Shown here: positions 53,047 to 64,000 of the stretch, piece by piece
How positions within the stretch are numbered: position 1 is the stretch's first letter
Layout: each line of letters begins with the position of its first letter
Assembly (NCBI GenBank): GCA_020536535.1
Contig: JAHLWZ010000253.1
Span: 62,001 to 126,000, forward strand
Source of the DNA: Pelomyxa schiedti
Lineage: Eukaryota; Protista; Evosea
Direction: 5' to 3'
DNA length: 64,000 bases
Translations under genes and position numbers: made by a program
The notes under the pieces: model-generated
Database searches by the model: none
Seen by the model: only the letters and a program-made list of their open reading frames with translations
Told to the model about the DNA's origin: nothing

Positions 53047-55426
53047 ATGTCGTACGACGGAGCGCGGCGATTTGGGGAAGGCTGGCGCAGCAACTACAAT
53101 ACCAACCAACCACGGCAACAGCAACCGCCCTCGTGGCTGACGACGACGCCTTGGGCTGCGACACCGTACGACGGCGGCCTGCTTCAGCACCCTCCGCTGC
53201 CCGCGATGCCCATGCCGGTGCTCACTAACGGCGGCAGCAGCAACAGTTGGGGTGCACCTCCGCGTTGGGATAGCACGCAGCAGCAGCAGCCCCAACGAGA
53301 TCTGGGGCAGCAGCGGCACCAGCAGTATCAGCAACAACAACAGCAGACGAGGGAGAGGGAGAGGGAGAGGGATACGGCGAGTGGAGGACGGGACGACTGG
53401 GGAAGAGACGGCAACAACAATTATGGGTCGTCGAGGGGCTGGCGCGGGGGGCCTTGTTCGGGCGGGGGCGCCTGCGGCGGGTCATCCTACAATCCGTACA
53501 CGCAGCGCGGGTACCAGCACCATTACCAGCACCAACCGCAGACCAGGAACCAGCAGTACCACACACGCTCCCACAATCACCAACCACCGCAAGACCACCA
53601 ATGCCAGTACCAGTACCACCAACAGCCCTCTTGGGGTGATGAGGACGATTCGCCATCCCATCCCGCTGTGTCTGCTACCTCTAGTTGTGGTTCTGATGCA
53701 CCGCGCGACAGCCCGGCTGTTCCCAATGACGATCCGCTGCGGCCTTCGGACATTGCCACGGAGGTGGTGCCTCCTGGCCATGAGCAGGCAGAACACAGTG
53801 AGCGCGTCGAGAGCGCGTCGAAGCCTGCTGTTAATGTGACGGAACAACCTGCCGTTGTTCCCACTGGCGATGTTGGAGGGACCGAGGGCGGGGACAACAC
53901 AGAAATGTCCAGTAAGCTCACTTCGGAGACAAGTGGCCACGGCTCCGAGATAGTGATGACTGAAATGCCACTTTTCACTCAGATACCTGATCCCGTTTAT
54001 AATACCTCTGAGGATCTCCATCGTGAGTACGGTGTCGGATTTCGCATGATGTCAATGATGGGGTGGAAGTATGGAGAGTGTTTAGGTCGAAGTGGTGACG
54101 GAATTCTCAAGCCACTGGGAGTTGACCAAGAAATAAGACCAGAGAGGGCGGGATTGAAAGATGAAACAGAATCCTTCCCTGAGACGAAAGTACCTTCTTA
54201 CTATCTGTTTTTTTCCCTTTAAACAACTCCTTGTAGCCATGGAAAGGGGACCCTGATCAAGAGCCAGAGTGGGCACCTGTAACAGATAACTGGTGCAGTG
54301 ATCCTGTTGACACTGGCAACAATTCACCTGTACTCAACAACACTTCTTCGCCGTCCCTATCACCTCCACCAACATTACAACCGATAAATGCACCCTCATC
54401 CGATTCTCCTTTTCAACCACACTCAGACATTGTCTCAGCAGTTCATAATGGCTATATGTGCTTTGGTCTTGCCTTTTCATATTCCATCCGAGGTCTTCTA
54501 GGACTGCCAATGCAATTCTCTCACCAATACAGGCGGACGATTTGCAAGTGTACCCAGTGAAATCTCAGTGCATGCATTTATTCCTGGGGAGACAAACGCC
54601 ACTCTACCAGTATTCCAAAAGTACCTGGATCCACGCCCGTTCATAAAGGGGTACATTAGATTAGGCTCAAACAAAGGGAATAACAATTTTCTAGGCATTG
54701 CAAAACTCCAGCCTTCCCAGTGTATTTTTCTTTTCAGTTGGGATCTATTACTTATTGCAAATCAGTGATGCGGAGAGAAACTTCCCTAGATTACTGGATG
54801 AACTCTTGTTATTTTTGAATACTCACAAGAAATATGGTACATTGCCAGTTATTGTAACAAGGGTATCTTGATTATTTAACTTCTTATTATAACAATACCA
54901 AAGCGGTGTGATGAAGAAAGGTGAGTTTTCTCCTTTGCATCCCTTTGAATCTTAGGTTCTCACAGAGCCTGTCTTCACGCTATAGCTGAACTTGCTGGTA
55001 TAACTTTTTACTTAAAATCATATTTTTTTGGAGTTAATCACAAACAGGGAGACCAGACCCTATTTCCTCACGAATCTTCGCATTAGAGGACCTTGTGTTT
55101 TGCATTGCAAAAAAACAGAATATTCCGTTCAAATCGTACCCAGAGCTTCAAAATCAAGTTCACATTTCCTATGCTTGTGAATCACAGATCGAAACAAAGT
55201 GGAGCTCTCTCCTCCATTGTTTTAACTCGATTTAACCCAACCTAGGTGTGACTTCCATAAAAAAGCGAGTCACTGCGCCAAAGCTGAATCACGCGCAATA
55301 CACTCAAGCATCAGCTTCGTACTGCGGAAACTGTCAGAAGATGTTGTGAAAGCCAAAGAAGGTGACCAACTTTCACAACAAATAGCAGCCTACCTGGAGG
55401 CACAAAAGACTCGCAAGTCAAGCTGA
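53047..55426 (+). CDS. G-patch protein with downstream R3H-like motif and Q/G/H-rich N-terminus
   Basis: G-patch GVGFRMMSMMGWKYGECLGRSGDGILKPL..RAGL; RxxxH motif SHRACLHAIAELA at ~54958; exon structure of the 3' half only partly resolved. Confidence 0.7.
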
Positions 55427-55480
55427 ACTAAAGAAAACAGAAAAATTGGTAGAAGCATTTTTACATTTTTTTTTATTGCA

Positions 55481-56822
55481 TCAAAAGGCATGTTCGTGAA
55501 TGGTTGGTTGTGTCACAAGAACAGAAACCATGTAGCGGTCAAATACAAAGTAACGGGCTACATAAATGACTCCCCAAACAAGCCAGAACACACTAATGTA
55601 CTGAACCCAACCAAACTTCATAGTCTCAAAGAAGCCGGGCTGATAACTGTATGGTATTTAAGTGGGGAATTGGAGAAGAACTCAACTTACACGACTTTCT
55701 GGGGCGGTACGGCTATGAGAAATGACATTGTAAAAGAGGATGTTTGAGGGTTTGCTGTTGCTGTCGAGCCGTCATAAAGTACTGGATTGTGAGGCTGAGT
55801 ATTGTACCCTGAGGGTCCCCAGTGTGAATACTTGGGATGGAGTAGTATTGACTCTAAATATGGTAAAGTTTCACGTGTAAAACTATGTATGTAAACAAGT
55901 ACCATTTCTTTGAGAATTTAGCATCATCAAATGTGATATTGATGCGTCACTTGATGTGCTGGTATCGGAAAGCATACTACCATTGTACACTTTCCGTGTG
56001 GCAGAGAGAACTGGTAAGGGTTCTTGTTGCTGTAAATTCATGCTGCCATAGATGTCTAGGAACGGTGCTGATGTTGGAAACGATTCGTCTATGAAAAGAG
56101 CTCCCTCCATTTGCATTTTAATTCGTTTCTGGGAAAAAGATTATTGACACCGGTCCATTGTTTGTTACCTTAAGGTTATACTGGAAGAATATTGCTGCAT
56201 ATAGATGATTTACACTTTCTCCTGTTGCCATTGGCATAGAGAGTGACAAAAAGAACTCGTCCACTAATCCATCAAAATCTTTGTCCACTTCACGGGCCTA
56301 TAAATAGAAATGTATTCCACTGGAGGCAGTTGCGATATTTTACCTTGACTGCTGGGGCCCTCTTAGTGCCAGTTACAAGTGACGAAAATGACTTGGACGA
56401 TGACCAGGTGAGAAAGGTAGCAGGTCCTGATAGTTCCACAACAACCTCATGTCTAAAATGTACATCGGGTCTCTCATAGTAACTTTCCTCTTTAATCCAA
56501 AAAGCTGACTTGTGAGAGAGGTGCGCACCAATTAGTTACAGCAATTGAGGATTTGTTGGTTGTTTCACTAGTTTGTAGTGTATGATGTTTGCATAGTTGA
56601 CCACTTCTCAAACTTAAATGCCAAACCAAAGTTTAGCATGGTTTTTAAAACAAGAGAGCAAAGGGTACAAGGAGTAGCAAAGGCGATGAAAAAAGGCAGA
56701 ATCCACAGCGCACAGAACAACAAGATGCTAATGCATGCAGCCGAGGAGCCCAAGGGAGCACGAAACACCCTCGACAATGGCGTCGAGTGCACAACCACAA
56801 TGCGGCCCAGGGTACCCCCCAT
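55481..56822 (-). CDS. TMEM231: TMEM231, ciliary transition-zone (MKS module) protein
   Basis: VHSTPLSRVFRAPLGSSAA..ILPFFIAF, W.KEESYYERPDVHFRH, MQMEGALFID, YQPGFFETMKFGWVQYIS; two transmembrane segments near the termini. Confidence 0.85.
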
Positions 56823-57642
56823 TTTAAACTAACCAATCAAACTGCAGGCCTTCCTCGACCTCTGCCCCTCAGTGTCAGCCTCTGCAGTATAAAGTTTAAC
56901 GCGGGCGATTCTTGAGTGCGGCTGGGTTTCCTTTGGTCTGGGCAGGCAGGAAAGAAACACAACAATCATTTCATCACTGAGGATCTGATCAAGGGGCTCT
57001 TTTCCCCTTTTCTGCGTAATACCGTCGCGCTTCGGTCTTCTATCGTTTCGTAGTGAACAGGAGAGAGGAAGGAGGTTGTTGGGTGGAGGGTAAGAGTGAA
57101 GGCAGGCCATCTTTTGTGTTGTTGCGCCCACCCGTTGACAGACCACACACCTTGGGGATAAGTAACCAAGCCAGTTCTCTCCGTGGCAGGGCATTGGTAG
57201 AGGATTGGGATTGGGAGAGGGAGGAGATAGAGGAGAGGAGAGCGAAAGGGAAAGGGAAAGGAGGGCAGGGTGGCAGGGGAATGATGACAACGGAGGGGGG
57301 CGGGGTGCCTCCGTTGTGGAGAAACGACGGGTACATAATCCTCGAGAACCACGTGGGGGTCGTGTCATCCAAAAACACATCGCAGTCTGTGACGGATGAC
57401 TTGGGTATCGGTGCTTTTTTTGTTCTTTTTCTCTTTTTTTTTTTTCCTTTTTTTTTTTTTTTTTTGCTTCGGGTATGAGCGATTGGGTGATTTATTCTTC
57501 CCTTTTCCACAGTTTATGAGGATGGCTTCGTGATTGAAGAATGGCTTGAAATGAAAAAAGTGGTATGGATTCCTTTTTGCTAGTATTTCTCCAAAATAAT
57601 TGTTTGTGTAAGGAAATTTTCTTGGAGGAGGGAAGTAAGTTT

Positions 57643-60600
57643 ATGAATGAGAAAATCTCCACCCCTGGGAATCCATCCTCTCCCCAGGGCGTAACTCCTG
57701 GGGGTGATGTGGAGAAAAAGAAGGTAACTAGGCCACAGTCGTCATCCACTTCAACTGCCCCAAGCTTTTTTCAAACACTGCGACGCAAGGCAAGTCTATA
57801 CCTCCCGTTTACTTCTAATTCCATACAGAATAACGATTTTGTTCGACGAGGTTCACTTATGTTTTCTCGACCAAAAATCGTTCTCTCGGCGTTAGAAAAT
57901 CCTGAAACCTCCTTCCCAACAATACTACAGACCCCACAGTGCAAGGATATGAGAGATGCTGTTGCAAGGCATGTCGACAACCAAATCCACAGTTTTGTAG
58001 CTTGTGTGACACTTTAGATTTCAGATTCCTCAATGGTTTTGAGCGAAAGGTAAAAGGAATGACTCTGGACCAAGAAGCCGAAGTTCTTCGAAATTTCCTT
58101 TCTTCAGCAGAGTACACAATGCGTGTGTGCCCGCCATGGAACCATATGCCACCAGAAAAATTTGTACTTGCAAAAGAGAGCATGAAACGCCATGTGTTTG
58201 GGCATCTGTACAACATTGTATTTTTCAACCAGCAGCTTCAGGAGCACGATGCCAAGTTTACTGAACATGTGGCAAAATTAAAATTAGTGGTCACTCCTGA
58301 AACTGTTGAAATTTCCAATTCCGTCGATGATACACTTGTCCAACGAGCAGCACAGGGTATTTTTTTTCTGTAAGAATTCTCCTAACAAAACTAGAACTGG
58401 AAGGCATGGACACGTTGTTTACACCCTATGAAAAACTTGCCTGCATTCTCAATGCTTGTAAAGTTGTACTATGTAGGCAACGAAGTGCCAAACTGTACAT
58501 TTACTTTAAAAAGTTTCCCTGCAATCCTTTGGCAGTATTGGCGGTGCTGATGATTTTCTTCCTTCCATAATATACCTTCTCATCAAGGCAAACCTTCCTC
58601 ACGTATTTTCAAACACCTCGTATGTATTTTATTTATGGTTTTCACTTCACCTATTAACTGCTAAAAGCATGTTTTTGTTGGTTACATAAATTAATCAAAT
58701 TGTCAATGACTTAGAGAAATAAGGTTCATAGGACGGTTTGCTGGTGTGGAAGACAGAAATGATGAGGCTTATTGCTACTATACTCATCTCGTTTCCGCTT
58801 CTATGTATATAGAGACAATGCCGGCACCGGCTGAAGCACCCACAGAAACAAAGACAGCCGATCCTCAGTATGAAATTGGAATGAGCCATAGGAATAACAA
58901 TTACAAGGCCTATTGCAATAAGTACTCAGGTTGTGGATCAACCTGCACCTTCACAGGGAAGCACGCAGAAGCCGGTTCCTACTCCCGTAGTAAGTCCAGT
59001 TTCTACAACAACTCCTGTGGCGCCTACAACTCCAAGCTCTCCAGCACCCTCAGCTTCTCAACCATGGTCTCACCTGAGACAGATACCATCAAAATAGTCT
59101 AACCAAATTTTAGGTTACTTCTAAAGCGCACTCTTTCTCGGATCCAAGACAGAGCAGCAGCAGAATTTAGTAGTCCGTCACAACGCACTCAAACACCAAT
59201 TAAAAAACCTGACTCAACACCAAGATCTGAAGCAACACCACTAAAAGCCATTTCCCCTGTGTCTTTTGAAGATGATTACAATGGTGCACTCCAAATTAAT
59301 TAACAATTTAATTAATGTAGAAAACAGGTTTGTTTCCCATGCCAGTTACCCTGGACCTGTTTCCTACTTTATCTCCTTGTAGAATTGGCTTGGACTCTAT
59401 GGTTTGTTTTCTCTTCATGTAACTCTTTCATTCATAAGCATCCAAAAAAAAAAGGTTTACTCCATTTCACCTGTTGGAAGAGGTGAAGTATGGGTTGGCT
59501 CGTTTGATGGTAAGATACACATTTTTAGAGAGTCAACCGAGTTCGTTTGCACTGTTCCAATACATCACTCTCCAATACGGTGCATTTGTCCTTCAATTGA
59601 CAGTGTATGGCTTTCTTCAGATGAAGGAACTTTATATGGCGTGAATGTGTTTTCTCACCGAGTATCCCAAATGGTATGACAATTTGCAATAACTGCCACT
59701 AATAACAGCAGGAATCAGTACATGATAAAAATCACCCTTCTGTTTGTTGTGTTATTCCAGTACGTCAGGATCGTACCTCTTGTATTATAGCAAGCATTGC
59801 ACATTCCCTTACTGTAAAAAGCTCTCAAGTAGCACTCCTCTCTGTTTCCATTTTCACCCCTCCTGGAAGTTCAAGTGGAAGTAAAGGAATGGTTGTGGCC
59901 GTTGTCGTAGTGGACAATATACTTCCTGGGCAAACCGTAACTTGTGCAGTGCTACACGACGATACTCTTTGGCTTGGCTGTCTGAGTGGGAAAATTCTTA
60001 TACTAGAGTCATCAACACTAAATGTTGTGAGAGAAGTTGAACTGTCATCACCAGAACCTTCAGCAGTGATGTGCATAGTCAGCGGCGAACGAACCTTGTG
60101 GGTTGGAACTCAACGCTCTACTTCCATTGTTTCAATTGACGGCAAGACTGGCTTGCAACTTAGTGTACTTACAACTGTCTCCGATTCCCCCATCCACAAC
60201 GATGCCGCTCAATACGGAAATTTGCATAGCGGTGGCTCTAGTACTACAATGACTCCTTGCAGTATACGAAGTAGAAGCACCAGTAGAGTTGTACTCCCTG
60301 GTGCTCATTCAGCTCTCCCAACCGATTTGCCCTCTTCTGTTGGAATAGCGGCCCTGTGCAAGTACGGACAATTTCTCTTTGCCCTCCCCACAAACGGCGA
60401 GCCGATGTGCTGGGATGTCAATACCGGCAGCTTTGCCTGGATGTTTCACAACGAAGAAAACGACGCAATAGAACCCGGTCCACAAATTGCAACAAGACCC
60501 CCTCCCCACACCCAGTCCCCAAGCCCAGCCCGGCGGCCCATTCCATCAACATCCACACCAACACCACACAGCACATTACGCAGAAGCAGCCTTACAACAC

Positions 60601-60893
60601 AAACAACTCAGTCATCACACCCAAACGCTAACACAAACAATCAAACCGAGCACCGGCACCTGCAACATGAAGCGGAGCAAGAACCACAACAAAAACAACA
60701 AACCGCGAAACACAACAGTGACCAAGAGTGGCCGGAAGAACCGCAACATAAAGATACAGAACACCCCAACCAAGTCACAGAATGGCGGCCAGCAATGATC
60801 CTGCTTGAAAGTGCTGCCCTTGTACAATCAAACCCCATAGCTCTGTGGTGCACAACAGCCTCTGCCAACAGTGTAGTTTTAGTATGGAGATAG
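57643..60893 (+). CDS. VPS9-domain (Rab5-family GEF) protein with C-terminal WD40-like beta-propeller
   Basis: TPYEKLACILNACK, GGADDFLPSIIYLLIKANLPH, EAYCYYTHLVSA; propeller strands VWVGSFDGKIHIF, LWLGCLSGKILIL, LWVGTQ. Confidence 0.85.
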
Positions 60894-61476
60894 TGCTAAC
60901 ACCAACATTTCAGTAGGACCTTACTCACGAGGGTAGGTACATAGCCACCCCCCTATTGTAGTCTAGTGGAAAAATTTTGCACACTTCTGTACAAAACTCA
61001 TCGGTACTGCACCTAATGTCATTCCGTTGCTTTTTACCGAAAATTGAAGTATTTCACACTACCTGGTTAAGGGGCATCCCAAAAGTCGGCGAAAAATCCT
61101 GTAAAAAGAAGGTGGAATTCTTGATTCAGGGCAGGACGCGGACGTGCACGTCGATTGCTGTTCTGCCGGTTAAACAAAATAAAACATCAACCAAAAAAAA
61201 GGAAAGGAGATTTCCTTTGGAGCAATTAGATTTTCATAAAATAAAAAAACTAATGGACTAAAGGCCACAAGCGCCACACATAAACGTAGAGACGAGTGTA
61301 TAGAACGAGAACGAGACCCAGAAATCTACAAGTGCTGTTTACGGTCGTAGCTGCGAATCGCGAGCGAAGACACCGAAACAAAACAGACTGCTCGACGCGC
61401 GAGTCAGATCTACGCCCACTTTGCGGCAAAGCTTTGAGGATTGTTGTATTGTAGAAACCACCGTGATTTTATACAT

Positions 61477-63207
61477 ATGTTGTATGCTCAGCCTAACGCT
61501 GCCACTCATGCTGCCACGAGCACGGTGATGGCTGCGGTGCTCTCTGCCGTCGCTTCTGCGAGGACACCGCCACCGCAACCTATCACCACGACTCCGAATC
61601 CTGTGCAGGTATCAACGGCGTCTTATTTCTCCTCACCTTCCCCGTCGGTTTTAACAAACTCAGCAACCGGCACCATTCCATTCGGTTACCCTTTGCCGTC
61701 GAGGTCGCCGTCGCCGGCACCTCTTTCTCGCTCGTCCACTCCCCTGATCTCCTCTGTACCCTCCCGTTGCCCCACACCATCTATCCTTGCGTCTCTTCTC
61801 CCCCCACGAGCTCCCACTCCTTCATGCATAGTTCCTGGGTACAACCCGACACCATCATCGGCATCATTCGCTTACTCACCTTTGTCTTCGAGATCGCCTT
61901 CTCCCTCTCCGTCGGTAGCGGCAGTTCCATCTCGAGCCCCCACTCCCGGCATCCGGTCTTTTTCACCAACTGTGTTGCGAAGTGATTCTGTTTCATTTGG
62001 ACAGTCGGATAATTCAAAGAAGGCTGCAAGAGAAGACAATTCGGCAGTACATCACACCCCTCGTAGCTCGTTGAGCCTCAAGATTGCAGCTATGTCTGAA
62101 CTCGCCGGTTTGTCTTCCTCACAACTGCCCCATTTCTTATGTTCTTTTAGCAACGGCTTCGAGTTGTGTCAAGGAAATTGTACCCCTCTCAGTACCAGCA
62201 TCTCAGTGTTCAGGAGGGGTTTACTTTATACGGTCACCACAGGGACACAAGGTTGCAGTTTTCAAACCCTGTGACGAAGAACCTGGTGCTCCAAATAACA
62301 CGCACTCTCAAAGTATACTTTTTTCAACTCCTAAATTGAACTCACATGAATGAAAGAACTACGAAAAGGATTCGTCCCTGGAGAAGGAGCACTGAAAGAA
62401 GTCATTGCCTATGTTTTGGATCATGACGGCGTGGCTGGTGTGCCACCTACTGTGCTAGCCGACTTGCCGGCTATGCAATTTGCCTGTTCTCAAATTATGA
62501 GAAAAGGAGTACCACTTCAACGTGGTTCAGTGCAGCAGTTCATCAACCAAGCACACGATTCCTGGGATATTGGCCCGCAAGTCTTTCCCGAGGAACAAGC
62601 TCAAGCCATAGCCTTGTTGGATTTGCGGTTGTTGAATGCTGACCGGCATGGAGGAAATATCCTCGTACGCTTTGAACACAAATACGATGATGATATGGGT
62701 GAAGACTCCGATGACGATAACTGGTGGCGCAGGCATTCAGGACAAAAACCAACCTTGATTCCTATTGATCACGGCTTTTGTCTGCCAGGCTACCCGGAAA
62801 TAGGCAAGTCCTGGTTTGAGTGGTCTTCTTGGCCACAATGCCGGCGGCCTCTAACACGCCGATTGGTGGAGTATGTTGCCACTCTTAATGGTGATAATGA
62901 TGCACGCGTCGCCCGTTCTCTAGGCCTTAGAGAAGCCTGCTGTACTACTTTGAGGATAGGCACTCTTGTGGTCAAGAAGTGTGTGCTTGCAGGCCTCACT
63001 CTGTGTGATATTGCCAACCTGGTCTGCCGTGAAAAAGAAGATGATACCCCTTCTCGCCTGGAGGTGTTGTGCGCTGAGGCAGAGAGGTGCGTAGTTGGGA
63101 GGCAACACTGTGGAGGAGGGAGTGTGCGCGACGCCCAGTATGTAGCTCTCATGCTGGCGGAGCTAGATAGATTGCTAACCACAGAACTGCGTGGGCACTG
63201 CTACTAG
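61477..63207 (+). CDS. Type II phosphatidylinositol 4-kinase (PI4K-gamma/LSB6-like) with S/P-rich N-terminus
   Basis: SGGVYF..VAVFKPCDEEPGAPNN, GEGALKEVIAYVLDH, VPPT, GSVQQF, LDLRLLNADRHGGNILV, LIPIDHGFCLP, WFEWSSWPQ. Confidence 0.93.
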
Positions 63208-63328
63208 TACCCGGCTGGTATCTCGTCGAGCAAGCGATGGTGTAAAATAAAGCCTGTGTTGTGCAACTTACTCATAATAGAAACCCCAAACACCCCCCTT
63301 TACCAGGATTTTGTTATCCTTTTAGACG

Positions 63329-64000
63329 TCAACACAAAGCCAACAACACAACGACCACCACAAGCCCAAAGTACACGGGATTTATTGTGCTGGCTCCAGA
63401 ACTGTCTCCTCCCACGCACTCCTTGATTGCGTCCTGCAGTTCCCACCCCGGGTTCTCGTCCGCCACGAACTCATAGGCTCCAACTGTTGGTGTTGAGGCA
63501 CTCCGGTCGAGGCAGTTGAAGTCCTGGTCTGACCAGCCGCCTTGTCCGGCATCAATTAGGTCGCTGCCAGTCACAGGATACACAGACTGTGTGTCATCGC
63601 CTTAAAGAGGCATTAGTGAGAGTGTTTCTGGCGATGGAAGAGAGAAATCACCGATTGTTTCTTCAATGCTGGGAACTAGGAATGCGCCGGAAGAGGTAAT
63701 GGAACTGGGGACTGAGCCACCAAGGTAAGCGTTGTAGAACCAAGAAGCTCCGGTTTGGTCATCTGACATACAAATAGCGGTGGAACTTGGGCACAGGAAC
63801 GCATTGTTTGCAACGGAAAATGTGTCAATGTTGTATGACCAGGAGGAACCGTACAGGCAGCAGCTGGAGGTCTGCGTTGAGCGCCTTATGGTATTATGCA
63901 CAATTGTGATGTTTCTGGGTTGCTGCCCCGATTGCATATCATGATTGTTAATCATAATTCCGTGAGCCGCGCAGTCTAACACGATGTTGTTGGCAATGAC
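63329..64000 (-). CDS. Right-handed parallel beta-helix surface protein (3' part only) with hydrophobic C-terminal anchor
   Basis: PbH1-like strands IANNIV, ITIVHNTI, SVANNAF; PVTGSDLIDAG..DFNCLDR..PTVGAYEF; C-terminus GLVVVVVLLALC; runs off the end of the window. Confidence 0.7.

Noticed and set aside
56966-57352. CKS1-like peptide (VHYETIEDRSATVLRRK)
   Set aside because: Lacks the conserved EYRHV and EWR.LG..QS.GW motifs and needs non-canonical introns
60950-60990. tRNA A-box-like TAGTCTAGTGG
   Set aside because: No anticodon arm, T-arm/B-box or acceptor stem follows

Overview
Gene-dense eukaryotic (protist) nuclear DNA with no prokaryotic hallmarks. About 24 protein-coding genes are broken by many short GT-AG introns (mostly ~35-60 nt), and intergenic gaps are often only 50-300 bp. 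The ORF track therefore shows exon fragments, and the gene models below were stitched by hand. In order: B-type cyclin; serine palmitoyltransferase with LCB2 and LCB1 halves apparently fused; IBB-less importin-alpha; large ankyrin-like protein; small Cys-rich GPI-type protein; PPIL4/CYP59; CLPTM1; Sel1-repeat protein; Q-rich unknown; TPP1/sedolisin; cation/Ca2+ exchanger; LRR-kinase; secreted beta-lactamase-fold hydrolase; USP15/32-like; cofilin; USP37-like; Kelch-RING; DUF2087-like; HP1; HAUS1; G-patch/R3H; TMEM231; VPS9-WD40; type II PI4-kinase; partial beta-helix surface protein. TMEM231 implies a flagellated organism; an amoebozoan (archamoeba-like) source is plausible but is only inference. 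Most notable: (1) the probable single-chain LCB2-LCB1 SPT, joined by a 45-nt intron with an alternative acceptor. (2) A modular repeat family at 8.2-13.3 kb and 49.9-52.1 kb, built around a ~47-bp core (6 full copies and 1 partial). The core brackets an ankyrin gene and an internally deleted derivative of it, and the cassette sits as the promoter next to N-terminally truncated importin-alpha and HAUS1. (3) Several intron-containing genes of bacterial type (LGT candidates). No rRNA, tRNA, CRISPR array or transposase was recognised.
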